Source: a virus
Taxonomy: Duplodnaviria; Caudoviricetes
Virus record (IMG/VR): IMGVR_UViG_3300012952_000105
Span: 1 to 27,029 of that record
Direction: 5' to 3' (one strand)
Length of the DNA stretch: 27,029 nt
The notes beneath the pieces were generated by a model, which was not told the origin of the DNA, made no database searches, and saw only the letters and a list, made by a program, of their open reading frames with translations. Positions 1-8,613 of the stretch are shown here, piece by piece; position 1 is the stretch's first letter, and each line of letters starts with the position of its first letter. The translations under genes were made by a program, and so were the position numbers.

Positions 1-957
1 AATGAATATGATCCTGTAAAACTTTATCTTGATCATTGCTACAACGAAATCCAACCAGCTTATATTGAATCTTTAGCCTCAACATATCTACGGCCACAGG
101 ATCAAAACCTGACCGAGCCGACAATATATGACACCATGCTGAAACTAACTTTAATAAACGCAGTAAGGAGAGTTTATATTCCTGGGTGCAAGCATGACAC
201 CGCCACTGTCTTACAAGGTTCACAGGGAATAAAAAAATCATCATTTTGGCAGACACTGTTCGGCCCTTTTTTCTCAGATGCTCTTGGTGATATTTCCTCC
301 AAAGATGATCTTCTCGTTCTTCACCGTTCATGGGGAATGGAATGGTCCGAAATTGATGGTGTAACATCCAGAAAACACGCAGGAGTGGTAAAAGCTTTTT
401 TATCTCGTGCCACTGATCTTTTAAGAGTTCCTTACGGAAAGGCCGTAGAAGAATGGCCCAGACGTGGGATTATTTGTGGAAGTACAAATAAAGAATCAGG
501 GCTGCTGATAGATGATACAGGCAACCGAAGATTTCATATAATTCCCTGCACTGCAAAATCTATTGATCTTGATTCTTTACAACTGGAAAGAGACAGTTTA
601 TGGAGCGGTGCGGTTCATGCTTTTAAAAATAAAGAACAGCATTTTTTATCGACTGAACAGGAAAATCAGATCGAAAAAGAAAACCTTGGATATATGGTGG
701 ATTCTCCTTGGCTTTCAGTAATAACTAATTATCTAAACGACCCAGCTAACGCTGTAAAAGATATTACTATTGAGCTTTTATTAACTGATGCTGTAGAAAA
801 ACCTATCGAAAGACAAACAAAATCTGACATTATGACTGTCTCATCAATTCTCAAATCCTTGCATTATGAACGTAAAAGAAAACGATTAATGGGAACACCT
901 AAATGGGTTTGGTTCCCACCTGTTCTTACCCCTGTTCTCACTACCGAGAACGCTTAA
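1..957 (+). CDS. VapE-like primase-helicase ATPase, C-terminal part (5'-truncated)
   Basis: Frame is open from base 1 (NEYDPVKLYLDHC...), so the ATG at 136 is probably internal. P-loop-like GSQGIKKS, Walker-B-like MEWSEID, and RVPYG and DDTGNRRF motifs typical of VapE domains. Confidence 0.85.
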   Translation, partial: NEYDPVKLYLDHCYNEIQPAYIESLASTYLRPQDQNLTEPTIYDTMLKLTLINAVRRVYIPGCKHDTATVLQGSQGIKKSSFWQTLFGPFFSDALGDISSKDDLLVLHRSWGMEWSEIDGVTSRKHAGVVKAFLSRATDLLRVPYGKAVEEWPRRGIICGSTNKESGLLIDDTGNRRFHIIPCTAKSIDLDSLQLERDSLWSGAVHAFKNKEQHFLSTEQENQIEKENLGYMVDSPWLSVITNYLNDPANAVKDITIELLLTDAVEKPIERQTKSDIMTVSSILKSLHYERKRKRLMGTPKWVWFPPVLTPVLTTENA

Positions 958-1160
958 AATCCCCTCTATAACTATCTTCTATATATATGTTCTCTATGTT
1001 CTCTATGTTTTATATATAAATATAATGATAGGTAATATAGGGGTAATATAGGGGTTAGGTAACTCTTAAGCATTTATGGGAACACTTGGGAACTTGGGAA
1101 CACCCCTCAGTCTCAAATGAGTCTCAAAATTAAGAAATATTCATATTCTCTCATTTGAGT
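889..1160. repeat. Iteron-like repeat cluster with AT-rich core; candidate replication origin
   Basis: TATGTTCTC x2 plus a partial copy (986-1010); palindrome TTTATATATAAA (1009-1020); GGTAATATAGG x2 (1031-1052); TGGGAAC(AC) x3 (1077-1103) plus a copy at 890-898; AGTCTCAAA x2 (1109-1128). Confidence 0.65.
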
Positions 1161-1174
1161 GTAACATCTATGTA

Positions 1175-1495
1175 ATGGCTAAAAAAGGTACAAAATTAGA
1201 AACAATTATTAGATCACGCAAACTTGGCGAGATTATTGCCAAAGGTGGTCGTAGATCTGATTGCGTTAGATATGCTTTGAAAAACTGGGGGGTCAGTTCT
1301 ACAACAGCAGATAAATATTTAGAGATTGCTAGAGCCGAGATGAAAGCTGATTGGGATTTGGAAAGACCTGAAATGGTGGCAAATCTTTTATCACAAGCTG
1401 CAACGTTACAAATGGAAGCAAGAGAAAAAGGGCATTTACATATTGCTCTTGGTGCTATCAATACAGCAGCTAAACTTGCACAGATTATTTCGTGA
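1175..1495 (+). CDS. Putative terminase small subunit
   Basis: 106 aa, probably helical, directly upstream of TerL and overlapping it (GTGA). Call rests mainly on position. Confidence 0.6.
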   Translation: MAKKGTKLETIIRSRKLGEIIAKGGRRSDCVRYALKNWGVSSTTADKYLEIARAEMKADWDLERPEMVANLLSQAATLQMEAREKGHLHIALGAINTAAKLAQIIS

Positions 1496-2838
1496 GCATT
1501 TTAGATACAGTTCAACCTGGAAAAGTTTTATATCAGATAGGGGCATTTGATTTGCCGACAGCACAACAAACAATAGATCGTATTAATCAAGATTTATTAC
1601 CTCATCAAAAAACCTTTTGTGATGACATGGAGCATCGCAAGCTTGCATTAGTTTGTGGGTTTGGTGCAGGTAAAACTTATGCTTTATGTTCTAAAGCTGT
1701 GATGCTTGCCTGTTTAAATATTGGTCATGTATCTGCTGTTTTTCAGCCAACAGCACCTATGCTTCGGGATATTTTAATTCGTACATTTAATGAACTATTA
1801 GACGAATGGCAAATACCTTATACTTTTAGAGCATCACCTTTACCTGAATACCAACTTTCTTGGGAGGAAGGAACACATACAATCTTACTTAGAACAATGC
1901 TTACTTATCAAAGATTACGAGGTCAAAACCTTTGTGCAGTGGGATTTGATGAGGCAGATACTATTCCAAAACGAGACGCAGAAGCTGCTATGAACATGGC
2001 ACTTGCAAGACTTAGATCAGGTAATATTCAACAGTTTTATGCAACTACAACTCCCGAAGGTCATGGCTGGGCATTTGAAACATTTGAAAAAAATAAAAAA
2101 TCTGATACAGCATTAATACAAGCAAAAACGGCTGATAACCCTTATCTTCCAGATTCATTCATTCCGTCTTTGTATGAGAATTATCCACCGCAGTTAATAA
2201 AGGCTTATCTTCTTGGACAATGGGTCAACCTTACTCAAGGGCAAGTTTATGACAGGTTCTCTAGGGCAGATCATGTCATCGACAAAATACCGTTTGATAT
2301 CAAGATGGAAACTCTTTTAATAGGAGTCGATTTCAACGTAATGAACTGCAACGCAGTGGTTGGGATAAAAGATGGTAATAAGCTGATGATCATTGATGAG
2401 ATATCAAAACAAAATGATACAGATGCGTTGGCACAGGAAATACGCAGACGTTATAGTTCAAACAGAATATTAGTTTATCCAGACGCTAGTGGTTCAGCAC
2501 GTTCAACAATCAATGCCTCTAAAACAGACATCGCAATCTTGCAAAGTTACGGATTCAGTTCAATGGCTCTCAAGAGCAACCCCTTTATCAAAGATCGAGT
2601 TGCAACCGTCAATGCGTTATTACAAAACGGCAAAGGGGAAAGACGTTTGGCGATTCATGCCAGTTGCACTCGTCTGATTGAATGTTTAGAATTGCAAAGT
2701 TATGACGAAAAGACAGGAGATCCCGATAAACAGAATGGCTATGACCATCATGTTGATGCACTTGGTTATTTAATTTATCGTGAATTTAATTTATTATATT
2801 TCCGTTCAGGTAAGAGTACTGGAATTAGGCTTTATTAG
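1492..2838 (+). CDS. terL: Terminase large subunit
   Basis: Walker A GFGAGKT, Walker B VGFDEAD, TTTPEG coupling motif; RNase H-like nuclease motifs IGVDFN, YPDASG, DHHVDALGY; GTG start. Confidence 0.95.
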   Translation: MSILDTVQPGKVLYQIGAFDLPTAQQTIDRINQDLLPHQKTFCDDMEHRKLALVCGFGAGKTYALCSKAVMLACLNIGHVSAVFQPTAPMLRDILIRTFNELLDEWQIPYTFRASPLPEYQLSWEEGTHTILLRTMLTYQRLRGQNLCAVGFDEADTIPKRDAEAAMNMALARLRSGNIQQFYATTTPEGHGWAFETFEKNKKSDTALIQAKTADNPYLPDSFIPSLYENYPPQLIKAYLLGQWVNLTQGQVYDRFSRADHVIDKIPFDIKMETLLIGVDFNVMNCNAVVGIKDGNKLMIIDEISKQNDTDALAQEIRRRYSSNRILVYPDASGSARSTINASKTDIAILQSYGFSSMALKSNPFIKDRVATVNALLQNGKGERRLAIHASCTRLIECLELQSYDEKTGDPDKQNGYDHHVDALGYLIYREFNLLYFRSGKSTGIRLY

Positions 2839-2883
2839 TATTATTCTTTAAACTATAGTTAACAGTATTAATGGACTCTTAAA

Positions 2884-4293
2884 ATGTACTCAGGATATAA
2901 CCATTACAACAGAGAAAAATCAGCGACAGGCACTACAATTATAGACCCTAACAGTGCATGGTTTGCTCAAGAACCTCACTGGCCGCTTATTGAAGATCTC
3001 CTTGGTGGTACATACCAGATGAGAAGTCGTCACCGAAAATACTTGCCGCAAGAAGTAAGAGAACTTGATGAATCTTATGACAACCGTTTGGCAAGATCAG
3101 TTTGTCCACCATATTTTGTAAGATTGGAAAGAATGATGGCAGGGATGTTAGTAAGAAAGCCTGTAAGGTTAAATGATACGAGTGACGATATAAGACTTCA
3201 TATGTTTGATGTTGATTTGGAAGGTAATGATCTCAATGTATGGACTTATGAAACTGCAAGAAAAATAATCCGTTATGGGCATTGTGGTGTTCTTGTGGAT
3301 GCACCTGCGGCAGGTCAAGCTGGTAGACCTTATTGGATTACCTACACGCCAAGAGAAATATTGGGCTGGAGAACAGAAATGATTGACGGTAAATTAAAAT
3401 TTACACAACTGAGGTTATTAGAAAAAGTATTTGAACCTGATGGTTTATATGGTGAAAAGGTAGTAGAGCAGGTAAGGTTATTAACCCCTGGAGCTTATGA
3501 AATTCATAGGAAAGGCAAAAATAATGAATATGTAAAGTTTGATGAGGGAACAATGAGTTTACCTGAAATACCTTTTGCTGTTGCATATTCCAACAAGATA
3601 AACTTTATGGAATCAAGGCCACCGATGGCTGATATTGCAGAATTAAATTTAAAGGCATATCAATTACAATCAGACTTATCAAACCAGTTGCATATATCTA
3701 GTGTACCAATGCTTGCTTTCTTTGGTTTTCCACAAAGCAGTGAAGAAGTAAGTGCAGGTCCAGGGGAAGCGATTGCATTTCCAGCAGAAGGCCGAGCAGA
3801 ATATATCGAACCTAGTGGCAATAGCTTTGAGGCACAATTTAAACAGATAGATCGTGTTGAGAAACAAATTAATGAACTGGGATTGGCGGCAGTACTGGGT
3901 CAAAAATTAAGTGCAGAAACAGCAGAATCTAAAAAAATAGATAGAAGCCAAGGCGATAGCACGATGATGGTAATTGCCCAACAGATGCAAGATATGATTG
4001 ATAACTGTCTTACGTTTCATGGTCAATATTTAGGAAGTGATGGCGGTAGTTGTTTTGTTAACAGAGATTTCGTGGCACAAAGATTAGAACCTCAAGAGAT
4101 CCAGTCATTATTACAGCTTTATACAGCAGGTACGATCACCCAAGAAACATTACTTACTCAATTACATGAAGGAGAAGTTCTTGGTGATGAATTTGAAGTG
4201 GAAGAAGAAATCGAGGCAACAGAATCTGGTGGGTTAAGAGAAATATCAGAACCTATAGCGGAGGCAGATGAATCAATGCCAGCAGATGAATAA
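2884..4293 (+). CDS. Portal protein (DUF4055-like)
   Basis: 469 aa following TerL; YLPQ...Y.NRL, DVDLEG, YGHCGVLVD and ETAES motifs; acidic C-terminal tail. Confidence 0.88.
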   Translation: MYSGYNHYNREKSATGTTIIDPNSAWFAQEPHWPLIEDLLGGTYQMRSRHRKYLPQEVRELDESYDNRLARSVCPPYFVRLERMMAGMLVRKPVRLNDTSDDIRLHMFDVDLEGNDLNVWTYETARKIIRYGHCGVLVDAPAAGQAGRPYWITYTPREILGWRTEMIDGKLKFTQLRLLEKVFEPDGLYGEKVVEQVRLLTPGAYEIHRKGKNNEYVKFDEGTMSLPEIPFAVAYSNKINFMESRPPMADIAELNLKAYQLQSDLSNQLHISSVPMLAFFGFPQSSEEVSAGPGEAIAFPAEGRAEYIEPSGNSFEAQFKQIDRVEKQINELGLAAVLGQKLSAETAESKKIDRSQGDSTMMVIAQQMQDMIDNCLTFHGQYLGSDGGSCFVNRDFVAQRLEPQEIQSLLQLYTAGTITQETLLTQLHEGEVLGDEFEVEEEIEATESGGLREISEPIAEADESMPADE

Positions 4294-5468
4294 TGGCAAC
4301 ACCAGAATCATTTTATAGAGAAGCTATTGATTTAAATAGGTATAGCAATCGAGTCGCTAGAGAAATTGTAACGAATTACAACAATGTAATTTTAGATTTA
4401 ACTAATAAGCTGGCGACCATTGATGAAGTTACAGCACCAGCAACGGTGGCAAGAATTAGGGCGATGCTTGTACAAATGAAAGAAAGCTTAGAAACATGGT
4501 CAACAGGAAGTAGTGCTTATATGATTGATGAATTACAAAGCTTGGCAGTATTTCAATCTGGTTTTATTGCTGATGAATTACAGAAAGTTTTACCAGTAGG
4601 GGCTACTGGTGTTAACAGTGTAAAAATATCTCCTGATTTTGCAAGAAGTATTGTTATGACTGACCCGACAGAAGTAAATATATTAACGCTGCCAAATAAC
4701 TTAGAACCAATTGTCCAAAGAACATTTAATTTAACGGCTGCCAAAGGTTCTGCCATTACTTTGCCTAATGGTGAAGTTGTTGCTAAAGCTTTCCGTGGCA
4801 TATCTACTAAACAGTCAGAATTAATTTCTAGTCAGATTCGTATTGGTATTACAGAAGGAGAATCCATACCAAAGATCGCAAAAAGATTAAGAGGCCGTTT
4901 GCAATTTGGTCGTAATCAAACGATGACGGCAAAAGCACAAAGATTAGCTGCTGGCGATGGAATGAAATTAGCTAACAATCAAGTGATGACTATTGTTAGA
5001 ACTTCTGTTAACCAAGTACAAAATGCTGTGAGTCAGTCAACTTATGCAGCTAATCAAGATGTAACCCAAAAGTATGAATATGTTGCAACTTTAGACGCAA
5101 GAACAAGCACAATTTGTGGCAGTTTAGATGGACAAAGATTTAATTATAACGAAGGACCATTACCACCTCAGCATTTTAATTGCAGGTCTACCACTGTACC
5201 AATAATTGATGATGAAGATTTAAGACGAAAGTTTCCTAATACTAGACCAAGTGCAACTGGTAGAGTTCCTCAAGATACCAATTACGCAACGTGGTTAAAA
5301 GATAATCCCTCTATTCAAGAAAAAACATTAGGAAGTAAAAAGAAATTTTTTAATTATTTAATTAATAAGAAAAGAAAAAGTCCTAAACAAGCTCTGCGAT
5401 TAATTATAAAAGAAGATGGAACCGAACTTACTTTAAAAAATCTAATTGAAAAATACCCTAAAGCGTAA
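4293..5468 (+). CDS. Minor head / head morphogenesis protein (SPP1 gp7 / Mu gpF family)
   Basis: ATLDARTSTICGSLDG...PPQHFNCRST signature; follows the portal with a TAATG overlap. Confidence 0.9.
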   Translation: MATPESFYREAIDLNRYSNRVAREIVTNYNNVILDLTNKLATIDEVTAPATVARIRAMLVQMKESLETWSTGSSAYMIDELQSLAVFQSGFIADELQKVLPVGATGVNSVKISPDFARSIVMTDPTEVNILTLPNNLEPIVQRTFNLTAAKGSAITLPNGEVVAKAFRGISTKQSELISSQIRIGITEGESIPKIAKRLRGRLQFGRNQTMTAKAQRLAAGDGMKLANNQVMTIVRTSVNQVQNAVSQSTYAANQDVTQKYEYVATLDARTSTICGSLDGQRFNYNEGPLPPQHFNCRSTTVPIIDDEDLRRKFPNTRPSATGRVPQDTNYATWLKDNPSIQEKTLGSKKKFFNYLINKKRKSPKQALRLIIKEDGTELTLKNLIEKYPKA

Positions 5469-5503
5469 AACAAGTTATTATTGAAATAGTTACGTTGAAA
5501 ATT

Positions 5504-5563
5504 ATGCCAGGCTATCATGGTTCAATGAAACCAAAAAAGAAAAAAAAGAAAGGTAAAAAATAA
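5504..5563 (+). CDS. Tiny Lys-rich peptide MPGYHGSMKPKKKKKKGKK (19 aa; not in ORF track)
   Basis: Hand-translated; its stop overlaps the next ATG (TAATG), consistent with translational coupling. Confidence 0.5.
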   Translation: MPGYHGSMKPKKKKKKGKK

Positions 5564-5727
5564 TGTATGTATTTAAAAAAGAAGGAGAAGAGACAACTCC
5601 TGTAACAGATTTTTCTAAGATGTCTAAAGGTCAGCTAGAACAACATGGCAGAACTCTTGGCATTGAGCTTGATAAAAGGTTAAGCAAGTCAAAATTAATT
5701 GAACAATTAGAGGAAATTTCAAAATGA
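5563..5727 (+). CDS. 54-aa protein with Rho-N/HeH-like helical motif (not in ORF track)
   Basis: MYVFKKEGEETTPVTDFSKMSKGQLEQHGRTLGIELDKRLSKSKLIEQLEEISK; coupled at both ends (TAATG, ATGA). Confidence 0.7.
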   Translation: MYVFKKEGEETTPVTDFSKMSKGQLEQHGRTLGIELDKRLSKSKLIEQLEEISK

Positions 5728-5951
5728 AAAAAGGATCTAGAGTTAGCTGGATGTATGGCGGCAAAAGAACTTATGGCAAAGTTACAGGAAGTGGAGGAAC
5801 AAGGGCATCAATAAAAGGTCCATCAGGAGGTACTGTTACAAGAGTTGGAACTAAAGAAGACCCTGTAATAAAGATTGTATCTGAATCAACTGGTAATGCT
5901 GTGTTAAAAAAAAGATCAGAACTTAAGGCAGCACCTAAAAAGAAAAAGTAA
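5724..5951 (+). CDS. Small basic protein, DUF2945/Hva1-TUDOR-like
   Basis: KKGSRVSW...GKVT...GTKEDP..KIVS..TG...LKK.SEL pattern; coupled at both ends. Confidence 0.6.
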   Translation: MKKGSRVSWMYGGKRTYGKVTGSGGTRASIKGPSGGTVTRVGTKEDPVIKIVSESTGNAVLKKRSELKAAPKKKK

Positions 5952-6229
5952 TGGCTATTACTAGAGGAGGCCATACATTTGACGGTGTTGATAAACCCAT
6001 AAGAACCCCAGGCCATTCAAGTGGTAAATCTCATGCGGTTGTAATAAAACAAGGTGATGGTTATAGGATTATAAGATTTGGGATGCAAGGTGCAAGAACA
6101 AAACCACCAAGGAAAGGCGAATCGGATGCAGATAAAGCAAAACGCAAAAGTTTTAAGGCACGTCATGCAAAAAACATTGCAAAGGGAAAAACAAGTGCGG
6201 CATATTGGTCTAATAAAATTAAGTGGTAG
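5951..6229 (+). CDS. Small basic phage protein of unknown function
   Basis: KSHAVV...IRFG...RKSFKARH...SAAYWS pattern, which I recognise from phage hypothetical proteins; coupled to the upstream ORF. Confidence 0.7.
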   Translation: MAITRGGHTFDGVDKPIRTPGHSSGKSHAVVIKQGDGYRIIRFGMQGARTKPPRKGESDADKAKRKSFKARHAKNIAKGKTSAAYWSNKIKW

Positions 6230-6267
6230 GTTTGAGCAGATAGTGTAAAATGGTGATATAACTTAAT

Positions 6268-6321
6268 TAAGGCTACGCTTTATTTTTATGGCAGACGAAA
6301 AAGAAACAGTGGCTACGCCAC
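6268..6321 (+). promoter_or_regulatory. Pair of G-CTACG-C hairpins flanking the scaffold start codon
   Basis: TAAGG-CTACG-CTTTA (6268-6282, one G-U pair) and GTGG-CTACG-CCAC (6309-6321); the ATG is at 6288. Confidence 0.5.
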
Positions 6322-6980
6322 CAGTAAACAATGCAGAACTTGAAGCATTGAAAGAATCAGTAAAAAGGTTAGAGGCTAAAAATTACGAACTGATTGGTAA
6401 GTTAAAAAACCAAAAGGAAGAGAAGACAGTTCCTGATGATTATGATGCTCTTTTATCTTTTAAACAAAAGAAAGATCAAGAAGATTTAGAAAAAGAAGGT
6501 AAGTACACAGAAGCAACGCAAGCATTAGAACAGCAGTACAGAGATAAATCATCTGCTGACAAACAAAAGATAGAAGATTTAGAAAAACGTAATCGAGAAC
6601 TGGAATTAATTGCACCAGCTATACAAGCATTATCAGATGTGACGCATGATCCAGAACTTGTCTTAAATAATTTTGTACCAAAAGAACAAATCCAGATAAA
6701 GGAAGGCCGTCCAGTTGTGGTTGATGGTTATGAACAATTACCAGTAGCAGAATATGTGAAGGCAAAATTAGAAAAAGAAAAGCCATATTTATTAAAAAAA
6801 TCACCAGCGATTGGTGGTGGAGCACCCATTTCAAGACCATCTGGAGGTGGTGAAATGTCAGAAGAAATGATCAAGCCATTTTTAAAAAACTCAGAAAATC
6901 TTACAGAACAATCAAGAATCTTTAAGGTTTATGGTGTAGATACATGGAAAAAGTTGCGAGATATTGCAAAAACTCGCTAG
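6288..6980 (+). CDS. Capsid scaffolding protein
   Basis: Charged coiled-coil-like N-half, KPYL..GGGA linker, position immediately before the major capsid gene; no prohead protease in the window. Confidence 0.8.
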   Translation: MADEKETVATPPVNNAELEALKESVKRLEAKNYELIGKLKNQKEEKTVPDDYDALLSFKQKKDQEDLEKEGKYTEATQALEQQYRDKSSADKQKIEDLEKRNRELELIAPAIQALSDVTHDPELVLNNFVPKEQIQIKEGRPVVVDGYEQLPVAEYVKAKLEKEKPYLLKKSPAIGGGAPISRPSGGGEMSEEMIKPFLKNSENLTEQSRIFKVYGVDTWKKLRDIAKTR

Positions 6981-6992
6981 AATATAGATTAA

Positions 6993-7029
6993 ATTCTGTT
7001 ACGCAGAATAAATATTTAGGGTTACGCCC
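6993..7029 (+). promoter_or_regulatory. Pair of G-TTACG-C hairpins in the major capsid leader
   Basis: ATTCTG-TTACG-CAGAAT (6993-7009) and GGG-TTACG-CCC (7019-7029). Confidence 0.55.
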
Positions 7030-7057
7030 ACACCGTTTAAATTTATTTTAACAAAAC

Positions 7058-8089
7058 ATGGCTGTTTTAAGGAGTGACATCATCATTCCAGAAGTATTTA
7101 CGCCTTATGTTATAGAGCAAACAACCGCCAGAGATGCGTTTCTCGCAAGCGGTGTGGTAGCACCTATGGCAGAGCTAAATGCAACTGAGGGTGGAGATTT
7201 CGTTAATGTGCCTTTCTTTTCCGCAAACTTAAGTGGAGATTTTGAGGTACTTTCAGATTCAAGTTCATTAACACCAGGCAAGATCACCACTGATAAACAG
7301 GTGGGCGTTATTTTGCATAGAGGTCGTGCATTTGAATCAAGAGACTTAGCTGCATTAGCAGCAGGGTCAGACCCAATGGCGGCTATCGGTCAGAAGATCG
7401 GTGCTTACATTGCAAACCAAAGACAAAAAGATTTACTTTCTTGTCTTGATGGAGTATTTGGTTCTGTTAATACAACAGACTCTAACGCTGCATTTTTTGG
7501 ACTAACCATTGATGGTGGTTCTGGTGATACACCTACAGGTTTATCTCCTAGACACGTTGCAAAGGCAAAAGCATTATTGGGCGACCAAGGTGACAAGCTT
7601 GCAGCCGTTTGTATGCACAGTGCTATTTACTATGATCTCGTCGAGAGAAAAATGGTGGATTATGTATTAGCAACAGATGGTAATGGTGGATCTGCTACAG
7701 CATCTGGCGGTACTATTGCCCCTGCTTATGGCGGTGGAAACGATACAGTTCCTACATACTGTGGTCTAAGAGTTATCGTTTCAGATGACGTAACTACTAC
7801 AGGTTCTGGTGCTTCTAAAGAGTACAGTACATACTTCTTTACTCAAGGAGCAGTAGCAAGTGGAGAGCAAGCTGGGCTAACAACAGAAACAGACAGAGAT
7901 ATTCTGGCTAAATCTGATGCAATGTCTATTGACCTTCATTACTGCTATCATCCTGTGGGAGCAAAATGGGCTGTTACTACAACAAACCCAACACCTGCAC
8001 AACTACAAACCGTAAGCAACTGGTCGAAAGTTTACGAAACTAAGAACCTAGGAATCGTCAGGTCAACTAACGTTTCAACAATGGATTAA
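7058..8089 (+). CDS. Major capsid protein, SPP1 gp13-like (HK97 fold)
   Basis: SDIIIPEVFTPYV...AFLASG, RGRAFESRDLA...GSDPMAAIG..IGAY closely match the SPP1 gp13 N-terminal pattern as I recall it. Confidence 0.9.
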   Translation: MAVLRSDIIIPEVFTPYVIEQTTARDAFLASGVVAPMAELNATEGGDFVNVPFFSANLSGDFEVLSDSSSLTPGKITTDKQVGVILHRGRAFESRDLAALAAGSDPMAAIGQKIGAYIANQRQKDLLSCLDGVFGSVNTTDSNAAFFGLTIDGGSGDTPTGLSPRHVAKAKALLGDQGDKLAAVCMHSAIYYDLVERKMVDYVLATDGNGGSATASGGTIAPAYGGGNDTVPTYCGLRVIVSDDVTTTGSGASKEYSTYFFTQGAVASGEQAGLTTETDRDILAKSDAMSIDLHYCYHPVGAKWAVTTTNPTPAQLQTVSNWSKVYETKNLGIVRSTNVSTMD

Positions 8090-8104
8090 TCGAGGTAAAT
8101 TATT

Positions 8105-8470
8105 ATGCCATCTTTATTTGAAGCTGCTGCTGGCTCTGCTTTAGGAGTTGTAACAGCACAAACAGGTTCTGTGACCCAAGCAACCAGTAAAGCTACTGGT
8201 GTGACATTAAATAATGTTGCTGGTGCGATCACAATGAACAATGCTGCATTAGCTGCGGCTGCTGAAGTTACTTTCACAGTTACTAACTCAAAAGTTAGTG
8301 CTGGTGACGTAGTTTTAGTGAATCATGGCTCTGTTGGAACAGCCGGCACTTATTTATGCCAAGCTAATACTATTGCTGATGGATCTTTTAAGATTTCTCT
8401 CGGTAACGTATCAGGGTCTTCAGCTAGTGAAGCTATCGTCTTGAACTTTATGATTTTCAAGGCAGGTTAA
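8105..8470 (+). CDS. Putative capsid decoration/cement protein
   Basis: Ala/Thr/Val-rich 121-aa protein right after the capsid gene; GAGGT SD-like site upstream. Confidence 0.6.
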   Translation: MPSLFEAAAGSALGVVTAQTGSVTQATSKATGVTLNNVAGAITMNNAALAAAAEVTFTVTNSKVSAGDVVLVNHGSVGTAGTYLCQANTIADGSFKISLGNVSGSSASEAIVLNFMIFKAG

Positions 8471-8613
8471 TGGGAATGTTTGCTTTTAAGCGAATGAGAG
8501 AACAAGAAGCTGCCAAAGCGGTGGCTTCTGTTCAACCCACTAAAAAACGTAAACGCAAGCCAAAAACTAATGGCAGTAACGATACACACAACAGTCGGGA
8601 GCAGCATAGCTAA
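8470..8613 (+). CDS. 47-aa basic protein (not in ORF track)
   Basis: MGMFAFKRMREQEAAKAVASVQPTKKRKRKPKTNGSNDTHNSREQHS; TAATG coupling to the decoration gene; fills the 8471-8569 gap and overlaps the next gene by 44 nt. Confidence 0.55.
   Translation: MGMFAFKRMREQEAAKAVASVQPTKKRKRKPKTNGSNDTHNSREQHS

Noticed and set aside
217-240. Non-canonical Walker A (GSQGIKKS) suggesting an inactive helicase
   Set aside because: The catalytic KS and the downstream motifs are intact; not evidence of pseudogenisation.
889-1160. CRISPR-like array
   Set aside because: Repeats are only 7-11 bp, tandem or inverted, with no regular spacers.
2851-2860. Palindrome AACTATAGTT before the portal gene
   Set aside because: Single AT-rich 10-mer; such palindromes are expected by chance in 27 kb, and I saw no second copy.
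8087-8105. Capsid and decoration genes are in frame (possible readthrough fusion)
   Set aside because: A second in-frame TAA intervenes (TAA TCG AGG TAA) and the downstream gene has its own SD-like site.
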